A DNA stretch of 52,454 bases from Ramlibacter sp. (GCA_028292105.1 JAQGMY010000102.1:1-52454), one strand, 5' to 3'. Shown: positions 1 to 10,876, numbered from the stretch's first letter. Program-made: numbers and translations. Notes: generated by a model from the letters alone, not told the origin.

Positions 1-516
1 CGCTGGGCGCGGATGGACTGACACCCCGGCAGGACCCGCCATTTCGTAGGGTGTGCAAGCTTGCTTGCGCACCATCACGGCCGTCACGGTGCGCAAGCGA
101 AGCTTGCACACCCTACAGGTGCAAGCCGGAGATGCGCAAGCGCATGACCGCGCAGGCCGCAGATGATTTCGCCCGGTCGCGGGCGGCGGAGATGCCCGCT
201 GGGCGCGGATGGACTGACACCCCGGCAGGCCCGCATTTCGTAGGGTGTGCAAGCTTGCTTGCGCACCATCGCGGCCCTCACGGTGCGCAAGCGAAGCTTG
301 CACACCCTACAGGTGCAAGCCCGGAGATCCGCAACCGCATGATCGCGCAGGGCGCCGATGGTTTCGCTCGGTCGCGGGCGGCGGAGATGCCGCGCTGGGC
401 CCGGATGGACTGACACCCCGGCAGGACCCGCATTTCGTAGGGTGTGCAAGCTTGCTTGCGCACCATCGCGGCCGTCACGGTGCGCAAGCGAAGCTTGCAC
501 ACCCTACAGGTGCAAG
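1..516. repeat. Tandem array of ~194-197 bp units, each containing an inverted GTAG-type REP doublet (BIME/REPIN-like); probably continues left of the window
   Basis: GTAGGGTGTGCAAGCTTGCTTGCGCACC-14 nt-GGTGCGCAAGCGAAGCTTGCACACCCTAC at 46-116, 240-310 and 437-507; the spacers between doublets are near-identical. Confidence 0.93.
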
Positions 517-861
517 CTAGCGAAGCGCGTCCAGGTCCAGCGGCCATTCGTTGCCCAGCCAGTAGGCGTATTCGGTGTGCTCCTGGATGACGTCACTGCC
601 CAGGCCGTGCACCAGGATATCCAGCCCGTTGCGGTTCGCCTCCAGCCACGGCACGATGCGGTCGAACTCCGCGGCCGAAAAAGCCAGCTGGCAGCTCCAG
701 CACGGATGCGGTCCGACGTTCTTCTCATGCACCCGGCCGACCGCCACCTTGAACAGGCGCCCGGCTTCCTCGCACAAGGCGCGCGCCTGCTGCACCGTCG
801 CCTGGTCGAAGTAGACATGGGCGTGATAGGCCTTGTGCAGGTTGACGGGACGGCGCGGCAT
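517..861 (-). CDS. DOPA 4,5-dioxygenase family protein
   Basis: MPRRP...YHAHVYF...VGPHP..SCQLAF...GLDILVH...EHT..A.WLG motifs; C-terminal part of ORF 517..1707. Confidence 0.88.
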   Translation of the reverse strand: MPRRPVNLHKAYHAHVYFDQATVQQARALCEEAGRLFKVAVGRVHEKNVGPHPCWSCQLAFSAAEFDRIVPWLEANRNGLDILVHGLGSDVIQEHTEYAYWLGNEWPLDLDALR

Positions 862-897
862 GGCGCGATTGTGCCCGCGCGGGGCAGAATGCGGCGC

Positions 898-1872
898 ATG
901 CCACGCGCCTTCGCCATCCTTGCCGCCAGCCTGCTCGCCAGCATCTGCGCGACTTCGTCCTTCGCGTTCGACCTGCAGGGCCACCGCGGGGCCCGCGGAC
1001 TGGAGCCGGAGAACACCCTGCCTGCGTTCGACCGCGCGCTGGACCTCGGGGTGACGACGCTGGAACTGGACGTCGGGATGACCGCCGATGGCGTGGTGGT
1101 GGTCGCGCACGATCCCTACCTGAACCCGGCGATCACCCGCGACGCAACGGGGGCCTGGCTGCCCGGCGCCCGCGGCCCGCTGCTGAAGGACTTGAGCTGG
1201 CAGCAGGTGCAGTCCTACCAGCTCGGACGCATCAACCCCGACTCGCCTTATGCGAAGAGCTTTCCGCGGCAACAGGCGCGGGACGGCACCCGCATGCCGA
1301 CGCTGGCGCAGTTGTTCGAGCACGTGCAGCGGCGCGGCGCTGGGTCGGTGCGCTTCAACATCGAGACCAAGCTTTTCCCTCCCGCGCCCGGCGACACGGT
1401 GGCGGTCGAAGTCTTGACGGACGCCCTGCTGCAGGTGATCCGCGAGGCCGGCATGCGCGATCGCGTGAGCATCCAGAGCTTCGACTGGCGCAGCCTGCAG
1501 CGGGTGCAGCAGCGCGAGCCCGGCATGCCCACCGTGTACCTGACGCAGCAGACGATGACGACCCACACCGCCCAGGATCCGGCCTGGACCGCGGGGCTGC
1601 GGCTGGCCGATCACGGCAGCGTGCCGCGGATGGTGAAGGCGGCCGGCGGCGGGACCTGGTCGCCCAATGCCGGCGCGTTGTCGCAGGCTCTGGTACGGGA
1701 AGCGCAAGCGCTGGGGCTCAAGGTGATCCCGTGGACGGTCAATGAAAGCGCCGACATGGACCGCCTGGTGGGCTGGGGCGTGGATGGCCTGATCACGGAC
1801 TACCCGGATCGGCTGCGCGAGGTGCTGGGCGCGCGTGGCATGCCGCTGCCACCGCCATCACCGCGCCGCTAG
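898..1872 (+). CDS. Glycerophosphodiester phosphodiesterase (GDPD), secreted
   Basis: Signal peptide then FDLQGHRGARGLEPENT, ELDV, HD, FNIETK, IQSFD, WTVN, GVDGLITDYPD; alternative start 889. Confidence 0.93.
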   Translation: MPRAFAILAASLLASICATSSFAFDLQGHRGARGLEPENTLPAFDRALDLGVTTLELDVGMTADGVVVVAHDPYLNPAITRDATGAWLPGARGPLLKDLSWQQVQSYQLGRINPDSPYAKSFPRQQARDGTRMPTLAQLFEHVQRRGAGSVRFNIETKLFPPAPGDTVAVEVLTDALLQVIREAGMRDRVSIQSFDWRSLQRVQQREPGMPTVYLTQQTMTTHTAQDPAWTAGLRLADHGSVPRMVKAAGGGTWSPNAGALSQALVREAQALGLKVIPWTVNESADMDRLVGWGVDGLITDYPDRLREVLGARGMPLPPPSPRR

Positions 1873-1946
1873 CACCGCGCTGGCGGTGCCGGCGGGCCCT
1901 GCCGGCCTGGGCGCGGTGCCAGGCGGCAGGAGCTGGGGAAAGCTGC

Positions 1947-2246
1947 TTAGCGGCTGAAGATCTTGGCGAAGACGTAGCCGACGGCGAAGGCGATGCCCAG
2001 GGCGGCGACCGGGTTGGCACGCACTTGCTCGCGCGCCATGTCGCCGTATTCCTGCTGCATGCCGAGCAACTTCTCGCTGCTGCCACCGATCTTCTGCTCG
2101 AGCGAATCGACCGCCTCGTGCAGGCTCTGGGCCATGCGACGCACCCGGTTGGCGTCGCCGTTCAGGGCACTGCCGCTGCCGCTGCCGCCGCCGCTGGACT
2201 CCGCGCTGGTGGGGAAGGGGTTCTGGGTGGACGTCTCGGCGTTCAT
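1947..2246 (-). CDS. Small tail-anchored protein, DUF883/YqjD/ElaB-like
   Basis: 99 aa ending VRANPVAALGIAFAVGYVFAKIFSR; GAGAGG RBS before ATG at 2246. Confidence 0.78.
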   Translation of the reverse strand: MNAETSTQNPFPTSAESSGGGSGSGSALNGDANRVRRMAQSLHEAVDSLEQKIGGSSEKLLGMQQEYGDMAREQVRANPVAALGIAFAVGYVFAKIFSR

Positions 2247-2417
2247 GGTGGTCCTCTCTCGTGATCGTTTGGGGGAAGGATGTTGGCGGATGCCGGGGGA
2301 AGCGTCAACTGTAGGAAGCCCAGCGATTGGCACCTGTCGGAGAACCCTCGGCCCGGCTGTAGGATTTGTCCTGCCGAAGCGCGGTGCCCCCGAAGTGGCC
2401 GCGCACATAATTGCGCG

Positions 2418-3395
2418 ATGAGCTCTTCCATCACCGACGTTGGCGGCATCGAGGTCGGCCACTTCACCGACCCGCGGCGGCCGACCGGCTGCACCGTGAT
2501 CCTGGCGCGGGGCAGCGCCATTGCCGGCGTCGACGTCCGCGGGGCTGCGCCCGGCACGCGTGAGACCGATCTGCTGCACCCGTCCAACGTGGTCGAACGC
2601 GTGCACGGGGTGCTGCTCTCCGGCGGCAGCGCCTGGGGCCTGGACGCCGCCGGGGGCGTGATGCGGTGGCTGGACGAGCAAGGGGTGGGCATGACCGTGG
2701 GCCCGGCGCGGGTGCCCATCGTGCCGGCCGCCGTGTTGTTCGACCTGCCGCTGGGCGACGCGCGCATCCGGCCCGATGCAGCGGCCGGTTATGCCGCTTG
2801 CCAGGCAGCGGCCAGGACTGCGCCGGCCGAAGGCAACGTCGGTGCCGGCGCGGGCGCGGCGGTCGGCAAGGTCTTCGGCTTCCATCGGGCGATGAAGGGC
2901 GGCATCGGTTCGGCGTCGCTCACCATCGGCGGTGTGACCGTGGGCGCCATCGTGGCTTGCAATGCGCTGGGGGATGTGATCGATCCGGACTCGGGCGCGG
3001 TGATCGCCGGTGCGCGCACCGAGGACGGCGAGCGCCTGCTGGACACGCGCCGTGCCTTGCTCGCGGGCAAGACTCCCCAGCCGATGCTGGCCGGTGCCAA
3101 CACCACGATAGGCGTCATCGCGACCGACGCAGTGCTCACGAAAGTGCAGGCCGGGCGGCTCGCCACCATGGGCCATGACGGGCTGGCCCGCGCCATCAAC
3201 CCGGTGCACACGCTGTCCGACGGCGACGTGCTGTTCGCGCTCGGCACCGGGGAGTCGGGCAAGACGCTCGGCATGATGACCCTGGGCACGATGGCGGCGG
3301 AGGTGTGCGCGCTGGCGGTGGTCCGCGCGATCCGCGCCGCCCACTCGGTGAGCGTGGGTGCCCTGCACCTGCCGGCCGCGGCCGATCTCGCATGA
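2418..3395 (+). CDS. P1/S58 family peptidase (DmpA-like)
   Basis: ITDVGGIEVGH, TGCTV, RGAAPGTRETDLL, GGSAWGL, NTTIGVIATD, PVHT..DGD motifs. Confidence 0.92.
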   Translation: MSSSITDVGGIEVGHFTDPRRPTGCTVILARGSAIAGVDVRGAAPGTRETDLLHPSNVVERVHGVLLSGGSAWGLDAAGGVMRWLDEQGVGMTVGPARVPIVPAAVLFDLPLGDARIRPDAAAGYAACQAAARTAPAEGNVGAGAGAAVGKVFGFHRAMKGGIGSASLTIGGVTVGAIVACNALGDVIDPDSGAVIAGARTEDGERLLDTRRALLAGKTPQPMLAGANTTIGVIATDAVLTKVQAGRLATMGHDGLARAINPVHTLSDGDVLFALGTGESGKTLGMMTLGTMAAEVCALAVVRAIRAAHSVSVGALHLPAAADLA

Positions 3396-4777
3396 AGCCG
3401 GTCAAGGGGCTGCGCTACACGCTGCTGTCACTGCGTGACCTGCTGATCTCGGCCGGCCCCGTCGCCTTGCTGGCGATCGCCTTGCTGGTGCTCGCCTACC
3501 TGTGGCTGGCCCCGAATCCGCCCAAGCGCGTCACCCTCGCCACCGGGCCGGCGCAAAGCGCCTACGACGAGTTTGGCAAGCGTTACCAGAAGGCCCTGAA
3601 GGCGTACGGGATCGACGTGGTGCTGGTGCCGACCGGCGGCTCACCCGCCAACCTGCGGATGCTGCGCGCCGGCGAGGTGGACCTCGGTTTCGTGCAGGGC
3701 GGCAGCAACGAGCGCAACGCCAGCGAAGTGAGCGGGATCGTCTCCCTGGGCAGCCTGTTCGTTGAGCCGCTGTGGCTGTTCTATCGGGCGGAGGCGGCCA
3801 AGGATGCACCCGGTGGCGCCTTCACCGCGCTCACCCAGCTGCAGGACCTGCGCGTCAACATCGGCTCGCGCGGCAGCGGCTCACCGTTCCTGATGCGGCG
3901 GCTGTTCGAGGCCAACAACATGGATCCCGCGCAGCTGAAAGTGACGCGCCTGGACCAGACGGCAGCGACCGTCGCCTTCCTCAACGGCGAACTCGACGCG
4001 ATCGTGTTCGCCTCCGCCCCCGAGTCGCTGATGGTGCAGATGCTGCTGCAGACGCCCGGCGTGAAGCTGCTGGACTTCAGCCAGAGCGAAGCCTATTCGC
4101 GCCGCTTTCCCTTCCTCACGCCGGTGGTGCTGCCGCGCGGCGTCGCGGACCTGGCCAAGGACCTGCCGCCGCAGGACGTGCGCCTGGTGGCCACCACCAC
4201 CGCCTTGCTCACGCGCGAAGCCACGCACCCTGCCCTGCTGCAGCTCTTCACGCAGGCGGCGAAGGACCTGCACGGTCCGGCCGGCTGGTTCAATCGCGCC
4301 GGCAGCTTTCCCACCATCGCGCAAAGCGAATTCCCGGTCTCGCCGGAAGCGCAGCGCGCCATCCGCGGCGGCCAGCCGTTCCTGCAGCGGTGGCTGCCTT
4401 TCTGGCTGGCCAACCTGGTCGAACGCATGTGGCTCGCGCTGGGCATCATCCTGGCCGTGCTGTTGCCGCTGACACGCATCGTGCCCCCCATGTACCAGTT
4501 CCGCATCCGTTCGCGCGTGTTCCGCTGGTATGGGCAGTTGCGCGAGATCGAGAACCGGCTGCTGGAGGAGCCGGCGCGCGCGCCGGAACTGCTGCGCGAA
4601 CTGGATGCCCTCGAAGATCGCGTGGGCCGCATCACCGTGCCGCTGTCGTATGCCGACGAGCTCTATGCATTGCGCAACAACATCGAGGTGGTACGGCGCC
4701 GCGCCAAGGGCGGCAAGGGACCGATGGCCGCCGGCGCGAACGAAAACGCCGGCGGGCTTGGCAGCCGGCCGGCGTGA
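3392..4777 (+). CDS. TAXI-family TRAP solute-binding protein with N- and C-terminal membrane segments
   Basis: ATGP..SAY, TGGSPANL, DLGFVQGG, SLFVEPLWLF, IGSRGSG; ATGA overlap with the peptidase stop. Confidence 0.85.
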   Translation: MKPVKGLRYTLLSLRDLLISAGPVALLAIALLVLAYLWLAPNPPKRVTLATGPAQSAYDEFGKRYQKALKAYGIDVVLVPTGGSPANLRMLRAGEVDLGFVQGGSNERNASEVSGIVSLGSLFVEPLWLFYRAEAAKDAPGGAFTALTQLQDLRVNIGSRGSGSPFLMRRLFEANNMDPAQLKVTRLDQTAATVAFLNGELDAIVFASAPESLMVQMLLQTPGVKLLDFSQSEAYSRRFPFLTPVVLPRGVADLAKDLPPQDVRLVATTTALLTREATHPALLQLFTQAAKDLHGPAGWFNRAGSFPTIAQSEFPVSPEAQRAIRGGQPFLQRWLPFWLANLVERMWLALGIILAVLLPLTRIVPPMYQFRIRSRVFRWYGQLREIENRLLEEPARAPELLRELDALEDRVGRITVPLSYADELYALRNNIEVVRRRAKGGKGPMAAGANENAGGLGSRPA

Positions 4778-4798
4778 CGCGCAGGGTCGAATGAGGGC

Positions 4799-5650
4799 TT
4801 AGTGGCCCGGCTCGTACGCCGCCGTCATCATGCCGGGGTTGCCCATGCGGGCCTTCAGCTCGGCCAGTTGCACTTCGAGTTCACCGGCCTCGCGCGCGCC
4901 GAGGCGGGCATTGGCGATGTGGCGCCGGGTTTCCACCGGCAGCTTGGCGGTGTTCAGGCCGTCCCACTTGTTGCGTCCCTTGCTTGACAGGTTGTAGAAG
5001 ATGGAGACGCCCTCGCGCAACTTCAGCGCGCGTTCTTCGGGGGTCAGCTTGAGGTTGGAAATGCGCCTGGCGCTCCACACCGCCGCGTCTTTCAGGTGCA
5101 CGGCGGCGGCGTGCACGGCCTGGACCGGATCACCCGGATCCGTCAGGCCGACGGCCTTGGCGGTGGCGGGCTCGAACTGCGCGATGCCCAGGTTGGGCGT
5201 GCCATCCTTGCTGGCACCCATGCGCGGGATCCAGGAGGTTTCGGCATTGATGATGCCGTACACATCGCGATAGCTCAGGCCGACCTTGTCGAGGCCGGCG
5301 CGTTGCGCGGCGGACTGCGCCAGCAGCAGGCGCGACTGCACGTCGGGCGTCTGCAGCACATTGCCGGCGTAGCGCACCGGCACCCAGCGCAGCTTGTTGC
5401 GCAGCTGCTCGTAGTAGGCATCGACCTTGTAGTTGAACGCATGGGCCGCCGCCGCGATCTGGCCACCGTTGGCCGGTGCGATGGCGACGCCGACTTCGCC
5501 GACCTTGCCGGCCTGGACACGCTGCGCGAGCGTGTCCGAAGTCGGCCCGGGCGAACCGCCCATGGAGCCGCTGAGCCCCGCGCCCAACACGGCTGCCAGC
5601 ATCACGACGTTGTGAACCGAGGTCACTCGCGAGGCAATGCGTTCATTCAT
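4799..5650 (-). CDS. Lytic transglycosylase (SLT/lysozyme-like) domain protein, divergent
   Basis: IINAETSW (catalytic Glu position), GIAQFEPATA (GLMQ-like), SIFYN; hydrophobic N-terminus. Confidence 0.7.
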   Translation of the reverse strand: MNERIASRVTSVHNVVMLAAVLGAGLSGSMGGSPGPTSDTLAQRVQAGKVGEVGVAIAPANGGQIAAAAHAFNYKVDAYYEQLRNKLRWVPVRYAGNVLQTPDVQSRLLLAQSAAQRAGLDKVGLSYRDVYGIINAETSWIPRMGASKDGTPNLGIAQFEPATAKAVGLTDPGDPVQAVHAAAVHLKDAAVWSARRISNLKLTPEERALKLREGVSIFYNLSSKGRNKWDGLNTAKLPVETRRHIANARLGAREAGELEVQLAELKARMGNPGMMTAAYEPGH

Positions 5651-5820
5651 TCAATGGTCCTGCTTCGTAGTTGCGAACAAGACCTACTGAGGGCCTGTGT
5701 CGGCGGAAGTTCAGGCCGTTACAGCGCGTTGTCCTACGTTCCTGGCGGGAGGATCAAGCCCATGCGCGGGAAAGCGAGGACTGGCGCGGGCTGGCGCGGG
5801 TTCGTTGGATGAGCCAGCGC

Positions 5821-5860
5821 GTCGGACCGATTGACAGACGGTCGTACGACCGTGTCCGAC
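5821..5860. promoter_or_regulatory. Nested palindrome, candidate operator
   Basis: Perfect 16-bp palindrome ACGGTCGTACGACCGT (5838-5853) next to TTGACA (5831-5836), bracketed by GTCGGAC/GTCCGAC. Confidence 0.45.
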
Positions 5861-5945
5861 AGGTGCGCCGCACGTGGTGAATATTCACGCTCAAACCAGC
5901 CAATGGCTCGGCCGCCGGCCCTGTTGTTTATACGCGTCCAGCGGC

Positions 5946-5975
5946 TTGAAACAAGAATTGTATACATGTATAACT
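5946..5975 (+). promoter_or_regulatory. Sigma70 promoter of gntR with overlapping operator
   Basis: TTGAAA-17 bp-TATAAC; palindromes TGTATACA and TATACATGTATA (5961-5972) resemble GntR/FadR-type operators. Confidence 0.7.
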
Positions 5976-5981
5976 CAGCGG

Positions 5982-6629
5982 ATGCCCGCCTCATCGATCG
6001 CCCAGACCACCTCCGCCGCCGTCCTCCAACTGCTGCGGCAGAGCCTCGATCGCGGCCGCTGGGCTTCGGGGACGCCGCTGCGGCAGGAGGAGATCGCGAC
6101 GGAGATGGGGGTCAGCCGCGTCCCGGTGCGCGAGGCCATGTTCCAGCTGCAGGCGGAGGGCCTGGTCGAGGTCAGGCCCAACAAGGGCGTGTACGTGCGC
6201 ACGATCAGCGCCACCGACCTGCGCGAGCTGTTCCGCCTGCGCTGCCTCATCGAATCCGACGTGCTCACCGACGCCATCCCCTTGCACACTGCCGTCACCC
6301 TGAATCGCGTCGATACCGTGCAGGCGGCCCTGGACAAGGCGCACTCGGTGGCCGACTGGCTGGCCGGCGACCGCGAGTTCCACGAGGCGCTGTACGCGCC
6401 CGCCCAGCGCAGTGAATCGATGAACGTGGTCCGGCGCTTGCGCTACCTGGTCGATCGCTTCTACTTCTCGCGCCTGAAGCCCAGCACCCGGGCGCAGGGC
6501 TGGCACGAGGAACACCATGCATTGATCCGCGCGGTGCGCAGGCGCGACGCCAAGGCGGCGACCCGCCTGCTGCAGTCGCACCTGGCGCAAACGGAACGCG
6601 CGGCGCTGGCTGCCCTGCCCACCACCTGA
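5982..6629 (+). CDS. GntR family transcriptional regulator (FCD domain)
   Basis: LRQEEIATEMGVSRVPVREAM..L.AEGLV wHTH; DREFHEAL, EEHHALI. Confidence 0.92.
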   Translation: MPASSIAQTTSAAVLQLLRQSLDRGRWASGTPLRQEEIATEMGVSRVPVREAMFQLQAEGLVEVRPNKGVYVRTISATDLRELFRLRCLIESDVLTDAIPLHTAVTLNRVDTVQAALDKAHSVADWLAGDREFHEALYAPAQRSESMNVVRRLRYLVDRFYFSRLKPSTRAQGWHEEHHALIRAVRRRDAKAATRLLQSHLAQTERAALAALPTT

Positions 6630-6685
6630 GAAACGCCTGCGTGCCCACACATGGCCGCACTGGCGCTGGCTGATCACGGACTGAC

Positions 6686-7018
6686 ATGGCGCGCAAAAGC
6701 AAGCAGCACTACCACGTGTATGTCGTGCTGCTCGATGACCGCGTGTGGAACAACGCGCGCTTCCGTCGCTGCAACCCGGACTACGAACTCGGCAAGCCGT
6801 TCGTGTACGTCGGCATGACGGGGCTGGACCCGGACCTGCGCTTCGACAAGCACAAGGCCGGCATCCAGGCCAACACCTACGTCCGCGACCACGGCGTGCG
6901 CCTGCTGCCCGAGCTCTATGCCGTCTACAACCCGATGCCTTACCAGGCCGCGGTGGAGATGGAAGTGGAACTCGGGATCAGCCTGCGCGAGAAGGGCTAC
7001 GGCGTCTGGCAGGCCTGA
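6686..7018 (+). CDS. Small GIY-YIG-like nuclease-fold protein
   Basis: HVYVV...VYVGMTG...RFDKHK...A.EME pattern matches GIY-YIG motifs I-III; typical codon usage. Confidence 0.6.
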   Translation: MARKSKQHYHVYVVLLDDRVWNNARFRRCNPDYELGKPFVYVGMTGLDPDLRFDKHKAGIQANTYVRDHGVRLLPELYAVYNPMPYQAAVEMEVELGISLREKGYGVWQA

Positions 7019-7024
7019 CGCCTC

Positions 7025-9085
7025 CTAGAGGCTGTTCTTCCACGCTGCGCGGGCCACCGCGTCGAGCGCGCCGTCGACGACGGGATGCGCCGACACCATC
7101 CGCAGCGAGCCTTCGGCCAGCACCTGGTTCAACTTGCGCCGGGTCATCGACCGCGTGGCACCGCCGGCCTTGGTGAACATGAACAGCAGCCCGTGCGGGC
7201 TGGCCCAGGTGAGTTGCCAACGCTCCCAGCCATGCCCCACCAGGTCGACATATGCGCCGATCGCCAGCTCCTGCGGCGGCAGCGTATCGGCCTCCCACGC
7301 GGTGGAACCGAGCGGGATCGGCTGCTCCGGCACGTAGCCGGACTCGTGCATCTCCAGTGGCGCCAGCCAGGTATCGACCTTCTCCGGCGCCTTGTGCACC
7401 GGTCGTGCCTGCGGCGTCGCGGACAGCGCCAGTTCGTGCAGCGCCGACAGCAGGTCCAGCCAGCGCTGGGTATCCGCCGGCAGGTGGTCGATGCTCACCA
7501 GCCCCGCCTGGATACGCTCGGCGAGCATGGCCTGCTGGTTGCCGACGCGGCCGGCCAGCGCCGGCTGCACGCTCCAAAGCACGGTGGGCACGACCCAGCC
7601 GTAGCCCGCCGGGTCCTCGTCGCCGCTGCTGTCGGTCAGGCGCGCCTGTGCCATCACCTGCGACCAGGGCCCGGTGAGGAAGGCCAGTGATTCCGGTGGC
7701 GCGCCGGCGGCGTCGGCGCGATCCAGGACCTGGCGGCCCAGGCGTTCGGCCAGCAGGTTGCGTTGTTCGGCGCGCATCAGGGCGCGCACCGCGCGCTCGC
7801 GGATGCGGCGGCTGCGCGGCTGCGCCTCGGCCCAGGCTTCCTGCAGCGCGTTGAGCGCGATCTCGAAGGTGTCCGGGGACGCCGCACGCGCATCCAGCAG
7901 GGCCTCGGTGGCCTGTTGCAGGCCTTCGGCGAAAGCGGCGAAGCCCGGCTCCTCGGAATGGGTCCAGGCCAGGCTGCGCTGGGTGATCTGCTCGAGCAGC
8001 TGGCGCGCCGGATGCGTGCGGTCACTGAAGAAGCGCGGATCGACCAGCGCCAGCCGCAGCAGCGGCGGCTCCAGCTCCCGCACGATGTCCCGCACTGCGG
8101 GCAGCAGGCGCGGATCGCCGGTCAGCTGCTCGATCATCAGGTGCACCACTTCCAGGCCCAGGGCCTGCGCCGGGTGCCGCACCTCCTGGCGCAAGGCTTC
8201 GCGGAAGGTGGCCAGCGTGTCTTGCTCGCGCCCCGGCATCGCCGCCTGCCGCTGGCGCAGCTGCAGCATCAGCTGGTCGACCTTGCGCAGGTCCTGCACC
8301 ATCTCGAGCGCGGCCGGCACGGTGTGGGAGAAATCGGTGTCGGTGAAGACTGCCACCGCCTGGCCGCTCTCGGCGCCGGTCCCGGCGAGCAGCTTGCGCA
8401 GCTCGCGGATGGTGAGCTGGGTGGCCTGGCCCCCCGCCTCCTCAGGCGCCAGGTCCAGCGGCAGGTCCACCGTTTCCTGCGGCTGCAGGCGTTGGGTGAT
8501 GGCGGCGTAGGTCTGCGCGAGTTCGGCCGCCATCAGCGGCGGCAGCCAGCGTACCCACCGGCGGCGCACCGAAGGGGAGACGGGACTCTGGCGCGCGAGC
8601 CGGTAGACGCTGCGCACGTACACCTCGGGGCGCAGCGGATGCCGCTGCGAGCCGCCGGCGGCGGCCAGGCGGGTCGTGAGCAGCACCGACTCGAGCGCCG
8701 CCAGTTCGGCCTGGACGGCGGTGGTGAGGTCGCGGCCGGCGCGGACCATGTCCGCGTTTTCGTGCACCTGCTCGTCGCCCAGCAGGTGCAGGGATTCGAA
8801 GCTGAGGGTCGACGACCTGTCGCCGGCGATCGCATGGGCGAATTCCGCCAGCAGCGCCTGCGGAAAGGCGGAAGTCAGCGCCTGCTGCTGGTCCCGCAGC
8901 ACTGTGACGGATTCGAGCAACAGATTGCGCTCGACGACGTCCTCGATCAGGGCCGCCTGCCGCGGCAGTTCAGCGAGCGCGCGTGCCAAGGTCACCTGCA
9001 TCAGGGACGCGCCGGCCAGCGCCGCGTCCTTGATACAAGCCCGGTACAGCTTCTGGTACTGCGGGTGGTGTTGCACGACGCCCAT
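7025..9085 (-). CDS. DUF1631 family protein (paralog 2)
   Basis: PLRPEV, DPRFFSDRTHPARQLL, FLTGPWSQV, C-terminal GAYVDL...QLTWASPHGLLFMFT. Confidence 0.85.
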   Translation of the reverse strand: MGVVQHHPQYQKLYRACIKDAALAGASLMQVTLARALAELPRQAALIEDVVERNLLLESVTVLRDQQQALTSAFPQALLAEFAHAIAGDRSSTLSFESLHLLGDEQVHENADMVRAGRDLTTAVQAELAALESVLLTTRLAAAGGSQRHPLRPEVYVRSVYRLARQSPVSPSVRRRWVRWLPPLMAAELAQTYAAITQRLQPQETVDLPLDLAPEEAGGQATQLTIRELRKLLAGTGAESGQAVAVFTDTDFSHTVPAALEMVQDLRKVDQLMLQLRQRQAAMPGREQDTLATFREALRQEVRHPAQALGLEVVHLMIEQLTGDPRLLPAVRDIVRELEPPLLRLALVDPRFFSDRTHPARQLLEQITQRSLAWTHSEEPGFAAFAEGLQQATEALLDARAASPDTFEIALNALQEAWAEAQPRSRRIRERAVRALMRAEQRNLLAERLGRQVLDRADAAGAPPESLAFLTGPWSQVMAQARLTDSSGDEDPAGYGWVVPTVLWSVQPALAGRVGNQQAMLAERIQAGLVSIDHLPADTQRWLDLLSALHELALSATPQARPVHKAPEKVDTWLAPLEMHESGYVPEQPIPLGSTAWEADTLPPQELAIGAYVDLVGHGWERWQLTWASPHGLLFMFTKAGGATRSMTRRKLNQVLAEGSLRMVSAHPVVDGALDAVARAAWKNSL

Positions 9086-9112
9086 GCGGGCCGCCCCCTC
9101 GCTGACTCGAAC

Positions 9113-9214
9113 TGGATCCCCGCCCCTGCGCGGGCTGCTGCTTCGATGGGTCCCTGCCTGCGCGGGGACGCTTCGTGTACCGGTGGGTCCCCGCCTGCGC
9201 GGGGACGCTTCGTG

Positions 9215-9215
<1 letters not shown>
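9113..9215. repeat. Cluster of short palindromic repeats (TGGGTCCCCGCCTGCGCGGGGAC; dRS3-like core)
   Basis: Two near-identical 32-bp copies at 9147-9178 and 9184-9215 plus a degenerate copy from 9113. Confidence 0.8.

Positions 9216-10876
<1,661 letters not shown>

Noticed and set aside
1-516. CRISPR array or short CDSs (ORFs 51..413, 84..500, 245..520)
   Set aside because: Spacers are ~124 bp and near-identical, repeats are 71-bp REP doublets, and no cas genes are present; the ORFs are repeat translations
1872-1923. Rho-independent terminator between GDPD and the DUF883-like gene
   Set aside because: GC hairpins are present but there is no U-tract on either strand, so it cannot be supported
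4799-7018. Prophage or defence island (SLT plus nuclease-like gene)
   Set aside because: No integrase, structural, holin or defence-associated genes; composition looks like the rest of the window
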